Origin: Salinispira sp.
Lineage (GTDB): Bacteria > Spirochaetota > Spirochaetia > DSM-27196 > Salinispiraceae
DNA length: 64,000 bases
Assembly (NCBI GenBank): GCA_965226555.1
Contig: CBDDDG010000016.1
Coordinates: forward strand, 1 to 64,000
Reading direction: 5' to 3'
Part shown: positions 38,707 through 48,624 of the stretch, in pieces
Position numbering within the stretch: the first letter of the stretch is position 1
Layout: every line of letters begins with the position of its first letter
Program-made: the position numbers and the translations under genes
Notes under the pieces: generated by a model
The model's database searches: none
The model's input: the letters and a program-made list of their open reading frames with translations, nothing else
What the model was told of the DNA's origin: nothing

Positions 38707-40641
38707 TTACATGCTCTCAAGAAAGGGAATGTTGAGCAGGAAGAAACCTTCCTTTAACACTTCCCGAACTGCCCAGGCAATATACAGGCGGGCATCTCGA
38801 AGTTCGGGGCGGGGGCAGTTAAGAATTGGATAATCATGATAGAAACGGGAAAAGGTTTTTCCAAGTTCGTAAAGGGCAGATGTGATAATTGACGGATCGT
38901 ATTTTCTGCCGGACTGTTCGACAATATCCGGAAAACGGGCAATGGTCTTTATGAGTTCCCACTCAATATCAGCGTTCAGAAGCTCCCAGTTGATCGTCTC
39001 GGGGGGCGGCAGCTCGGAGCGGTGCTTGCGGTATTTGCGGAAAATACTGGAAATACGGGCGCCCACATATTGCAGATAGGGGCCGCTGTTGCCGGTGAAT
39101 GAAATGGAATCCTCCTGTCGGAATATCATGTCCTTCGATGGAGAAACCTGGAGCAGGTAGAAGTTTACCGCAGCCAGCGCAACCGATTCGGCAATATGTT
39201 CAGGATCGGGTGGCGGCGCGGGGTTAGATGGCGGCTCGGGGGTTGCGGGGTCGGGGTCGGTTGGCGGCGCGGGGTTGGATGGCGGCACGGGGTCGGCTGG
39301 CAGCACGGGATCGGTTGGCGGCACGGGATCGGTTGGCGGCACGGCGGTAGGGGTTTTTTCGCGGATTTGGGCGCGGGCGAGGCGGTGGAGGGTGTTGAGG
39401 AGGTCATCGGCATCGACAACGGTGCCCTCGCGGCTTTTCATTCTGCCATCGGGCAGGTTCACCATGCCGTAGGAAACATGGCGGAGGTTCTGCGCCCAGG
39501 CGAGGCCGAGCATTCCCAGTACATGAAAAAGTACCTGAAAATGATAGTTTTGTTCGTTTGCCACCACATAGAACATACGGTCAAAGGGCCAATCTCCATG
39601 CCGGGCAATGGCAGTGCCAATGTCCTGAGTAATGTAGACACTGGTTCCATCGCTGCGGAGCAGCACCTTGTCATCAAGTCCGATATCGCTGAGATCGACC
39701 CGAATTGTACCCTTCTCATCTTTGTAAAACAGCCCCTGCTCCAGACCGCGCAGCACACATTCCCGACCAACGGCATATGTATCACTTTCATAATACAGTG
39801 TGTCGAAACGTATCCCGATGCGCCGATATGTTTCAAGCAAGCCCTCCATGGCCCAGGCATTCATGGTTTTCCAGAGTTTCACGGTTTCCTCATCGCCTGC
39901 TTCCCAGCGCCTGAGCATATCCTGCGCCCGCTGTTCTGCTTCGGGATCTTTCCGAGCTATTTCATTGAACGTGATATAGTATGTACCGACAAAATGATCG
40001 GGCTTCATTCCCGCATCTTCAGGGCTTCGGCCTCCCCCTTCTTCCTGATATGCCAGCATTGACTTGCAGATGTGGATGCCTCGGTCATTAATAAGGTTCA
40101 CTGTATGAACTTCAGCTCCGTTTGCTCTGAGAATGCGGGCCAGCGACTCACCGAGGGCATTGTTTCGCAGATGCCCGAGATGAAGTGGTTTGTTGGTATT
40201 CGGAGAAGAAAATTCAATAATTATTTTTTCACCCGCATAATTGCTGTTTGCGCCGTATGCAGGCTGCTTTTCTGAGTGTGTTTCTCCTGCTGATGCATGC
40301 TCTCCCTGCGGAGCTCCCCGCATTTCCATGAGAGTTTTTATCACACGGTCGGTGTATGCAGCGCGTTTATAGTGAATGTTGATATAGGGACCTGCTGCAG
40401 CGGCATCAATGTTTCGGAAAACAAGATGCGGAAGCAGCTTCTCTGCTATTATTTTGGGAGACATTCGGAGGACTTTTGCAAAAGGGAACATCGGAAAGGA
40501 GATATCGCCCAATTCAGCTCGGGGGGGTATTTCAATCTGCAGCCGTATTTCTGAAAGATCAGGCTGAAGTCCCTCTTCCAGCGCAAGTGCTCCTACTGCT
40601 TCAAGAATTTTTCCAGAAAGCATTTCTCGAAATGTTTTCAC
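38707..40641 (-). CDS. argS: Arginine--tRNA ligase
   Basis: EFSSPNTNKPLHLGHLRN, MKSREG, GPYLQY. Confidence 0.95.
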   Translation of the reverse strand: MKTFREMLSGKILEAVGALALEEGLQPDLSEIRLQIEIPPRAELGDISFPMFPFAKVLRMSPKIIAEKLLPHLVFRNIDAAAAGPYINIHYKRAAYTDRVIKTLMEMRGAPQGEHASAGETHSEKQPAYGANSNYAGEKIIIEFSSPNTNKPLHLGHLRNNALGESLARILRANGAEVHTVNLINDRGIHICKSMLAYQEEGGGRSPEDAGMKPDHFVGTYYITFNEIARKDPEAEQRAQDMLRRWEAGDEETVKLWKTMNAWAMEGLLETYRRIGIRFDTLYYESDTYAVGRECVLRGLEQGLFYKDEKGTIRVDLSDIGLDDKVLLRSDGTSVYITQDIGTAIARHGDWPFDRMFYVVANEQNYHFQVLFHVLGMLGLAWAQNLRHVSYGMVNLPDGRMKSREGTVVDADDLLNTLHRLARAQIREKTPTAVPPTDPVPPTDPVLPADPVPPSNPAPPTDPDPATPEPPSNPAPPPDPEHIAESVALAAVNFYLLQVSPSKDMIFRQEDSISFTGNSGPYLQYVGARISSIFRKYRKHRSELPPPETINWELLNADIEWELIKTIARFPDIVEQSGRKYDPSIITSALYELGKTFSRFYHDYPILNCPRPELRDARLYIAWAVREVLKEGFFLLNIPFLESM

Positions 40642-40652
40642 AGCCCCTTCCC

Positions 40653-40964
40653 TTATTCACTTTCCTTAAACAGGGTGTAGGCATAGATTTTCAGGCTATT
40701 ACTATCTGCCGCCCACATTATCGTCCCGTTTGACCAGATGCCTTGGGGGAAAACATTCAAGGGATCCAGAACATTGAAATCCTGACTGCTGTTACGGGAA
40801 GGAGCAAATTCCAGTTTTGCGGGTTCCTCATCACCAGGGCCGCCTCCATTTCCGGGATCATCCACGTCTGGAGTCGGACATCCGCTGAGCGTCAGCATGG
40901 TAACGATGAGGGTAATTATCAATGTGAAAAAAACAGAAGTCATATAATGCCGTCTGAAAATCAT
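40653..40964 (-). CDS. Short, probably truncated lipoprotein with one WS(D/N)GTxMW repeat
   Basis: Lipobox TLSGC; DFNVL..N..PQGIWSNGTIMW...KIYAY; AAGGAG RBS. Confidence 0.65.
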   Translation of the reverse strand: MIFRRHYMTSVFFTLIITLIVTMLTLSGCPTPDVDDPGNGGGPGDEEPAKLEFAPSRNSSQDFNVLDPLNVFPQGIWSNGTIMWAADSNSLKIYAYTLFKESE

Positions 40965-41368
40965 GTACATTCTCCTTATTGGCGCGCTGCGCCTCGTGTA
41001 TATCACAAGGGTGATTATCCGGTAGTCGCGTTCCGCACTGTTCGCATTTCCTCATCGCTCAGCCCGGTAACATCCTGAATGTCATGGGCTGAAAATCCTT
41101 TGGAAAACATACTGCGGGCGTTTTTTCTCCGCTCCTCAATATGCCCCTCAGCACGACCTGCCTGTAGCCCCTTCTGAAGTCCTTCTTCACGACCTGTCTG
41201 CAATCCTTCTTCACGACCTGTTCGCAGTCCTTTCAGAATACCTTTCTCAATGCCCTCAGCCCGGCCCTTTGTGATACCCTGCTCAAGACCCTCAATCCGG
41301 CCCTTCGCAATGCCTTCCCTGACGAAGGCGTTGGTAATATTATATGTCCGCATACTGTTTTCTCCTAC

Positions 41369-41497
41369 TGAAACTTTTGCATTGGAAAATTGTGCAGAGC
41401 ACAATTTCCAGTAGCAAAAGTTTCACATTTGGCAGGCCTCGTTGCGCTTGGCATTCTCTCATTTTGTAGAAAGTTTTGCCTGCGGCAAAACTTTGTC
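41369..41497. mobile_element. Hairpin (REP/MITE-like) insertion in the Rpn gene
   Basis: Nested palindromes TGAAACTTTTGC...GCAAAAGTTTCA and AAAGTTTTGCC-TGC-GGCAAAACTTT. Confidence 0.7.
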
Positions 41498-41650
41498 TAG
41501 GATACAGTTCCCTGTCAATTTTCTCAAACTGCTCATACAGTCCCAAATCTTTCAGATAGCCTAGCACACTCTCTGCCAGATCAGTAAAGTCTTGTGAAGA
41601 CAGACCGTTCAGGAGCTGCGCAATTTCTTTCAGCCCCTCAGTGTCCATTT

Positions 41651-41753
41651 CACTGAAAATTGTGCTCTGCACAATTTTCAAATGAGGATTCTCTCATCTA
41701 TACTCTTGATTCTCTCAAGGTATAGAAAGTTTTTCCTAAAGGAAAAACTTTGT
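41651..41753. mobile_element. Hairpin (REP/MITE-like) insertion in the Rpn gene
   Basis: TGAAAATTGTGC-TCT-GCACAATTTTCA and AAAGTTTTTCC-TAA-AGGAAAAACTTT. Confidence 0.7.
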
Positions 41754-42759
41754 TATTATCTCGCATTATATACCACAACGCAGTCGATGTATATCGTTTT
41801 TCATCGGAACGCCATGCCAACTGCTTCTTTGTCATTCGCCTCAGATCGCGCACAATGTACGATACTCTCGCCCTGACATCCACCGTGCCTTCGGTCATGG
41901 ATTCGGAAGCAGCATTTCCATGCGAACTGTAAAATGTGAGCGGGAGGTTCCATTTATTTTTTCCGTGGTAGAACAGAAGTATATAGATAGCATCCCTTTC
42001 ATTGTACACATTGCTGTTTCTGAGGGCATATTGATAGTCATCAATCTGTGTGAGAACGTGTTTGTGCAGGTAGCTTTTATGTTCAATAATGAACAGGGCC
42101 TTCCGGTCGGGGTCTGACAGGAAGGGGGCGCTGACAACGAGATCGCAGAGAAGGTTCTTTTTTCCTGCAATGTAGCTGGGGGTTTCAATGCGGATTTTGT
42201 CCATATCCAGCTTGGTAAGAGTTGTATCCTCACAGAACAACCGCAGCAGGTCGGGAATCATACGGGGGGTTCTGTAGTAGGCGATCTTGAAGGCTATGTC
42301 GTGGATATGGCCTTTGCTCTGGGATGATTTTTTCATAAACATTCCTCTTACATCTATAACGGGTAAAATGTCATTCTTGACTATGTTTTTGAAAAGAATT
42401 TTGCAAAATGTGTGAATTTTTTTCGGGAATGGGGGAAGGAGGGATGAGTGGGCAGGAATGGGGGTGAGCGTATGGTTGAATTCGCCCTGTATTATAGGGT
42501 GTATTGACGCACGCTCCCGGGAACAATGCTCCGCGCGAGGCCTTTGTAATTATTTTTATTATTTTGAGATATTACTGTTTGATCAGCCCGGACGCATGGC
42601 AAGCAGCGCGGAGCGCCGACCAGCCGTCTTATCGAAAAAAGGCAGGCACGGATTTTCCCGGACGCATGGCGAGCAGGAGACGCAAGCCTCCGTCCAGCCC
42701 CCGCGCCTGCCTGAGTTGTTGAATTGCAACGTTTCAATTAGCCACTGCGGGTTATGAAA

Positions 42760-44319
42760 CTACTCATACCATGACGGCGGATTATTTTCCAAGCCGGAAC
42801 CCACGAACATATTTGTTTTAGTTACGGTAGACATCAAACGACCTCCCCACGCCTCAAGATTTTGATTGAATGCGCTTGCTCCATTAAACATAATGAGCAT
42901 AGTCGTTACCGAACTGACATCCCAGCCCGAGATATCGCCATTGAATGCAGTTGCCAAATTGAACATAGAGGACATAGTCGTTACCGAACTGACATTCCAG
43001 TCCGAGATATTGCCATTGAATGCACTTGCGCCATAGAACATAGAGGACATAGTCGTTACCGAACTGACATTCCAGTCCGAGATATCGCCATTGAATGCAC
43101 TTGCGCTACGGAATATATTGTTCATAGTCGTTACCGAACTGACATCCCAGAGAGAGATATCGCCATTGAATGTGGTTTTTTCCTTGAAAATCTCGGACAT
43201 ATCCCTTACCGCAGTGGTAATAATGTAGTTGAGATCGACAGTTGGTCCCCATGCAGTTATCCCCGTATCTACCGCTGTTTTCAGTTCAGCGTTAGTAGTA
43301 GGATTCTCGGTAACATAGAAATATTCGGCAAACAGGAATGTAGCTGTATCTCCGGTTCCAGTAGTGCCATATACCAGATATGTTCCTGCCGTTGTACCTG
43401 CGGTAACCGTAACAAGTCCGGTACTTTTATTAACTGTCGGCGGGGTGACCCCAACAGGCGTCGTTGCGGGGTTTACCGTAATGTTTCCTGAGTCATCGAC
43501 CCCGTGAGTGCCCGTAATCAAATAAACGCTGAGGTTTTCACTGGCAATAATAACATTAACAGCATCTGAAAGGCTTACAACCCTTGCCGTACCCGCAGGA
43601 GTCTGTGTCCGTAGTAGTAGCGGCCTTCCTATTGCAAATGGAGACCAAGGCCCAGCGCCAACCGCATTGACGGCGCGCATCTGTACTCCGTAGACAATGC
43701 CGTTTGTCAGGCCCGTAATGCTGTGGTATGTACCGGTGATGCCTTCGGTAATTTGTATCCATGCTCCGCCGCCTATGCGATATTGCAGCTCATACCCGGT
43801 AATGGGGCTGCCGCCGGTATCGGTTAGCGCAGTCCATGTCGCAACGATCCGCCCAGTGCCCGCATAAAGGGTTGGAGCAGCCATGGTACCCGGCGCGGCA
43901 GGGGGCGCAGTAGGTGTTGCCGTGGCAGATGCCGACCAGCCGCCAGTGCCCTGAGCGTTGACGGCACGCACCTGCACATCATAACTGAGACCGTTTGTCA
44001 GATCGGTAATGGTGTGGATTGTGCCGGTAATACCGGATGTGATCTCCGTCCAGCCCTCGCTGCTCATGTGACGATAGCGCAAGTGATATGTAGTAATATC
44101 GTTGTCAGCGTTGTTGAAACTCCAATTCCATGTAGCAGGATCAACCCACGATGCGGTGAGCTGTTCGCTCCCCGCTGTGAGAGTTGGAGCATACATGGCA
44201 GGCGGTGCAGTCAGCATTGGGCATGCCGCGACGAGCAATGTCAGCATGATGATAAAACCGCTCAGCACATACGCGCCGAGTGGCTTCTTGTTTTTTTGAT
44301 TTTTAGCAACCATTTTCAT
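42760..44319 (-). CDS. Surface lipoprotein, 2 FN3 domains plus BspA/DUF285 repeats
   Basis: Lipobox LVAAC; FN3 units; 75-bp repeats encoding FNGDISDWNVSSVTTMSSMF; GGAGG RBS before ATG 44319. Confidence 0.88.
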   Translation of the reverse strand: MKMVAKNQKNKKPLGAYVLSGFIIMLTLLVAACPMLTAPPAMYAPTLTAGSEQLTASWVDPATWNWSFNNADNDITTYHLRYRHMSSEGWTEITSGITGTIHTITDLTNGLSYDVQVRAVNAQGTGGWSASATATPTAPPAAPGTMAAPTLYAGTGRIVATWTALTDTGGSPITGYELQYRIGGGAWIQITEGITGTYHSITGLTNGIVYGVQMRAVNAVGAGPWSPFAIGRPLLLRTQTPAGTARVVSLSDAVNVIIASENLSVYLITGTHGVDDSGNITVNPATTPVGVTPPTVNKSTGLVTVTAGTTAGTYLVYGTTGTGDTATFLFAEYFYVTENPTTNAELKTAVDTGITAWGPTVDLNYIITTAVRDMSEIFKEKTTFNGDISLWDVSSVTTMNNIFRSASAFNGDISDWNVSSVTTMSSMFYGASAFNGNISDWNVSSVTTMSSMFNLATAFNGDISGWDVSSVTTMLIMFNGASAFNQNLEAWGGRLMSTVTKTNMFVGSGLENNPPSWYE

Positions 44320-44331
44320 TAGGTCCTCCAA

Positions 44332-44399
44332 GAGATCATTGCGTGGCAACGGTCTCGTAAATATAAATTCAGTATAATTGCGCTCACAAAACCTGTCAA
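44332..44399 (-). promoter_or_regulatory. Promoter plus conserved 25-bp inverted repeat in the leader
   Basis: TTGACA-N17-TATACT, then GAGACCGTTG-CCACG-CAATGATCTC. Confidence 0.7.
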
Positions 44400-44647
44400 C
44401 CACAACATCCACCCTCAGAAAAATTCTGACGGCTCTCGCCGCTAGTTCTAAGGTTACTGAATAATATCACAAAGTTTTACGAAATGCAAAAGTTTCTCAT
44501 ATATTAATATGCATGCAGATATACGTCAACTACTCAGGATTGTGTGTGCAAATTCAATCATGCGCGGACTCGACAATGTCCGGCAATGTGCGCATACTAT
44601 GGGAGAAACTTTTTCATAAAGCCCGTGTTGCGGGTCAGAGGGATGCC

Positions 44648-45901
44648 GTGATCTACAAAATTCAGCCTGCAGCCATGTATTATTCTTGGGGGAGCAGGGA
44701 GAGAATTGAAAGAATTTTTGGAATACCGAACCCGGGCAATGATCCTGTTGCCGAGCTTTGGTACGGTACTCACGAACGTGGAGCGAGTATTCTCATACCG
44801 GAAACACGGGGCGCCCGCGATCTGCGGCAGCTTCTCCCTACACATCAGCTTCCCTTCCTATTCAAAATTCTCTCGGCAGATGGGAGCCTCTCCATTCAGG
44901 CCCACCCGAGCAAAGGTCAGGCAGAACTGGGCTTCGAGCGTGAAAACAGACAGGGAATTGACATTGGGGCACCCGAGCGGAACTATCGGGATAGGAATCA
45001 TAAGCCGGAATGTCTTGTGGCCATGGAAGATTTTTGGGCACTCAGCGGTTTCAGAAAGCCCAGTATTATCGCAGAACATTTTCGTATAATCGCCGGAACA
45101 TCACCTCCGCCAATTCTCGAGAAACTCCTTGCAATTCTTGACGGGGGCGCGGGAAGTCCCCCTTCAAAGAGCGATACCATACTCAGAACATTCTACTCAA
45201 GCCTTATGAGAAGTAAAAAAACGGATCAGTCGCTTCTCATGGAAACTGCTCTCAGTGAAATTTCCTCCCGCGGATGTGGCGGGAATGCTGCGCGTGGCAG
45301 GAACGGTGCAGACAGCGAAATGCAGTGGTACTGGGTCCGTGAATTACACCGGCAGTTTCCCGGCGACCCGGGATGTCTGGCGCCTCTTTATCTTAATCTT
45401 CTGAACCTGAAAAGAGGTGAGGCGCTCTTCATGAAGGCTGGTATTCTTCATGCCTATCTTCAGGGTACCGGATTAGAAATTATGGCCACCTCCGACAATG
45501 TTCTTCGGGGTGGATGCACGCAGAAGCATGTTGATGTTCCTGAGCTGCTCTCTGTTATACACTTTCATGCTGACGATCCGACACGGCCGCTCAAATCCGC
45601 AGAGGGCTGGTATGAAAGTTTTGCGCCTGAATTCCGTATTGCAGTAATGGATGTACCGGCCGATACATTCATGGATCTGCGGGCTGCAGAAAAACTCGGA
45701 AAGGATATGGGCATTATACTTATGCTGAATGGCACAGCAGCAATCCGGTCTTCCCGGGAAGAGCTTCTTCTGAAGACCGGTGAAGCTGCCTTTGTTGCAT
45801 GCTCCAATGCAAATGATGCGGAACTCTCGGTCAGGGCGGATTCATGTGAAGCATCATTCGCTCTGGCATCGGTGAATGGCATCGGTAAATGGCCTCGGTG
45901 A
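44648..45901 (+). CDS. manA: Mannose-6-phosphate isomerase class I
   Basis: YSWG, AELWYGTH, LPFLFK, LSIQAHP, YRDRNHKPE, HAYL, MATSDNVLRGG; GTG start inferred. Confidence 0.92.
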   Translation: MIYKIQPAAMYYSWGSRERIERIFGIPNPGNDPVAELWYGTHERGASILIPETRGARDLRQLLPTHQLPFLFKILSADGSLSIQAHPSKGQAELGFERENRQGIDIGAPERNYRDRNHKPECLVAMEDFWALSGFRKPSIIAEHFRIIAGTSPPPILEKLLAILDGGAGSPPSKSDTILRTFYSSLMRSKKTDQSLLMETALSEISSRGCGGNAARGRNGADSEMQWYWVRELHRQFPGDPGCLAPLYLNLLNLKRGEALFMKAGILHAYLQGTGLEIMATSDNVLRGGCTQKHVDVPELLSVIHFHADDPTRPLKSAEGWYESFAPEFRIAVMDVPADTFMDLRAAEKLGKDMGIILMLNGTAAIRSSREELLLKTGEAAFVACSNANDAELSVRADSCEASFALASVNGIGKWPR

Positions 45902-46450
45902 ATGGCGGTAATGAAAATACTTGTTGATGCCGATTCCTGCCCGGCAAGAATACGGCAGATAATTATTCGAGCCGCCGTAAAACAAAACATTCCGGCGCTT
46001 TTCGTAGCAGCGCGGCCTCTTCCGCTTCCGCGTGGCCACAAAGTACGAATGATTCAGGTTGAGGCCGGTGATGATGCGGCAGATCGGGAAATTCTCCGAC
46101 TGCTTGACACTGGTGATCTTATTATTACCCGAGACATCCCCCTCACTTCCGAACTTGTTGAACGCGGCAACAGGGTTATTAATGATCGGGGGGTTTGTTA
46201 TACACAGGAAAACATCCGCCCCCTGCTCAGCCAGCGTCATTCCATGAGCAAAAATGCCCTAAACACCGCGCTCGGCACAGGGGGTGTGACCGGAGCGCGC
46301 GGCGCAGGCAGCGGGAGCGGAACCGGCGCCCGCGGCGCAGGCATCGGGAGCGGCGAACGAAGCTTTTCCCCCCGCGATATACATAATTTCGCTGCCGCCT
46401 TTGACCGTGAACTACAGGCATCATCAAAAGAACAGAATCGGATGGAATAA
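45902..46450 (+). CDS. YaiI/YqxD (DUF188) family protein
   Basis: ILVDADSCP, DAAD, ITRDIPL. Confidence 0.88.
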   Translation: MAVMKILVDADSCPARIRQIIIRAAVKQNIPALFVAARPLPLPRGHKVRMIQVEAGDDAADREILRLLDTGDLIITRDIPLTSELVERGNRVINDRGVCYTQENIRPLLSQRHSMSKNALNTALGTGGVTGARGAGSGSGTGARGAGIGSGERSFSPRDIHNFAAAFDRELQASSKEQNRME

Positions 46451-46573
46451 TCCTGAGAAATTTTTTGGTGAATTGCACATTATTGTGGACGGGCGGAGGG
46501 AAGATTCGTATTTTTCAATATTTTCAGTAGCAAAACTTTCATATAACCTGTTACTATTCTTTTGGGGGTATAT

Positions 46574-47008
46574 ATGGCAGAACTAAAGACACGTGAAAAC
46601 GATGCAAGCGTTGAAGATTTTTTGAACAGCGTGGATAATGAACGCAGGCGGCTTGACGGGCTTGCGCTCAAACAGATCTTTGATGAAGTTACCGGAATAA
46701 ACGCAAAGATGTGGGGTGATAGTATTGTCGGCTACGGAAAATATCACTATGTATCTGAACGCAGTACACAGGAAGGCAATTGGCCTCTAATTGGGTTTTC
46801 ACCCCGCAAGCAAAATCTGACCCTGTACATAATGCCGAATTTCCATGATTACGGTGACCTTCTTGCGAAAATCGGCAAGTTCAAGGTGAGTAAGGGTTCC
46901 TGCATGTATATAAATAAACTCGCCGATGTTAATATTGAAGTTCTCAAGGTACTTATTGCCCGCTGTCTGGAAGATATGAAAAGAATGTATACAATAGTAT
47001 CTTCCTGA
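46574..47008 (+). CDS. DUF1801 domain protein
   Basis: MWGDSIVGYGKYHY, GFSPRKQNLTLY, CMYINKL. Confidence 0.85.
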   Translation: MAELKTRENDASVEDFLNSVDNERRRLDGLALKQIFDEVTGINAKMWGDSIVGYGKYHYVSERSTQEGNWPLIGFSPRKQNLTLYIMPNFHDYGDLLAKIGKFKVSKGSCMYINKLADVNIEVLKVLIARCLEDMKRMYTIVSS

Positions 47009-47046
47009 GTACTCTCGGGGTCTATGCACGATGAATTGTGGGGTCT

Positions 47047-47538
47047 ATGTACGCTGAATTGACCGGGAAAATTTTGTCATGCATTGCCTTATTGTTTTTT
47101 GGCGGAATAATATCGGCAATAGATATAAAAAGGCATATTATCAACCCCTTCAGTGCTTATGTGTATGCCGCCTTGGGAATGTTGTACTTTTTCATATATC
47201 GGAGAACGTATTCGGATTTGCTGGAAGTATTTTCTGCTTTGGTCATAATCGGGATTTACCTGCTGATTCTCAGAAAATATATTGGCGCAGGTGATCTGAA
47301 GCTTATGGCCATTCTCTCGCTCTGGTTCCCGCTCAATACTTGGATATTCGGATTATTATATACCGGCGCTGCCGCATTGGTATATTGGCTGGCATTAAGG
47401 CGCAGCGGGCGCTTGGGGGGCAGAAAGGGCAAGGAGCGCAGCAGAGGCAGCGGGAGCAGCGGGAGAATTGCCTTTGCGCCGTTCATTGCGCTCGGTTTTC
47501 TCAGTTCATGCCTCTTGGATATAGCTTTTGCTCTATGA
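47047..47538 (+). CDS. Prepilin peptidase (A24 family)
   Basis: AIDI, IGAGDLKL, IAFAPFI; converges on the T2SS cluster. Confidence 0.8.
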   Translation: MYAELTGKILSCIALLFFGGIISAIDIKRHIINPFSAYVYAALGMLYFFIYRRTYSDLLEVFSALVIIGIYLLILRKYIGAGDLKLMAILSLWFPLNTWIFGLLYTGAAALVYWLALRRSGRLGGRKGKERSRGSGSSGRIAFAPFIALGFLSSCLLDIAFAL

Positions 47539-48622
47539 GCTGAAAACGAGTCCCCTGTTCAGCGGAATGTTCAGCATTTTCGTCAGCACTCCCATCTGTA
47601 CTCCCGATTTTTCGGGCAATAACATAGCGCCCCGATATCATGTGATGTTCTACACGCAGTTCCCAGAACCAGGTCTCTGTTCCCAGATATCGAATAACCC
47701 GTTCTGCCGCCGGATTTGTCTGAAGTACTTCCTCAAGTCTAAGAATATCTCTCAACAATTCACTGCCGATGTTTTGCCGCCGCCTCACAGCGCGGATGAC
47801 GGCATGCGCAGAAACGAACTGGGGAATGCTCTGTTCCCCGTAAGGAAACTTGAGGATAGTTTCAAGCACTGTATCATCGGTATTGTTGACATTCAGCCAG
47901 GCCTCAATGGTAAGCAGGTTCCCCGCCTCGGGGGCCCGCAGTTCAATAAAGTTCCGTAATTCATCGGAACTCCAGAGCATGCCGCCGTGCTGGCGCTCCC
48001 GTAAATCATTTTCTATCAGAACTGCCGTAGAATCTCGGCCAAGACGCCGGGAAAGCATTCGGCTGCTCTGAAACGGGTCGCTGATATCCGGATGTATGTA
48101 GGAATAACGGCCGATTCCAGTATTGTGCTCTGCTTCACGCAAAAATTCCTGATACTCAGAATCGCTGTCAAAGAGACCAATATCCTTTCTGAGCGATATC
48201 AGCTCGGACAGCGCAGCGGAGGAGGAAAAATAAACAAGAAATTCATCGTGTTCCAGCACATGCTCCGGGACAAGATTAAGGTTTAATCTGCTCGATAGAT
48301 CCTTGAGATATACCATAATGTTTTCTCCGGTGAAAATTTTGGTAGTGTTGCCGATTATTTCGGGGAGTTCTTTATTAAGCTGCATTTCAATAATTGCTGC
48401 TCTGCTTTCGGTTCCTTCATTCATTATCTGAATAAAAGACTGTATAACCGTAGCGCTCAGGGAAGTGAAGCGGCTTTTCAGTTCTATTCCCGATTGGGAA
48501 GCGGTAAAGCGGCGCAGTGATGATCCGATTACAGCAGCGGCGGAAGAGAACAGAATGGCGAGCGATAGGAATACAATGAATATGGTTGCTGAAAGTGAGC
48601 CTTCCCATCCCTTCATCTTCAT
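47501..48622 (-). CDS. T2SS protein, GspK-like
   Basis: N-terminal TM, DLSSRLNLN, LNVN; last gene of the cluster. Confidence 0.6.
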   Translation of the reverse strand: MKMKGWEGSLSATIFIVFLSLAILFSSAAAVIGSSLRRFTASQSGIELKSRFTSLSATVIQSFIQIMNEGTESRAAIIEMQLNKELPEIIGNTTKIFTGENIMVYLKDLSSRLNLNLVPEHVLEHDEFLVYFSSSAALSELISLRKDIGLFDSDSEYQEFLREAEHNTGIGRYSYIHPDISDPFQSSRMLSRRLGRDSTAVLIENDLRERQHGGMLWSSDELRNFIELRAPEAGNLLTIEAWLNVNNTDDTVLETILKFPYGEQSIPQFVSAHAVIRAVRRRQNIGSELLRDILRLEEVLQTNPAAERVIRYLGTETWFWELRVEHHMISGRYVIARKIGSTDGSADENAEHSAEQGTRFQLIEQKLYPRGMN

Positions 48623-48624
48623 TA

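Larger units (their letters stand above)
41015..42342 (-). pseudogene. Rpn-family nuclease split into three frames by two hairpin-element insertions
   Basis: HDIAFK, CDLV, IIEHKSY, LFYHG..W in 41698-42342; middle piece in 41340-41681; EG repeats and VTGLS in 41015-41404. Confidence 0.85.

Noticed and set aside
42587..42680. Direct repeat CCCGGACGCATGGC(A/G)AGCAG in an intergenic region as a structured RNA
   Set aside because: Two short copies only; no recognisable riboswitch or ncRNA consensus
42900..43170. Regular 75-bp repeats resembling an array
   Set aside because: Coding DUF285 repeats without unique spacers
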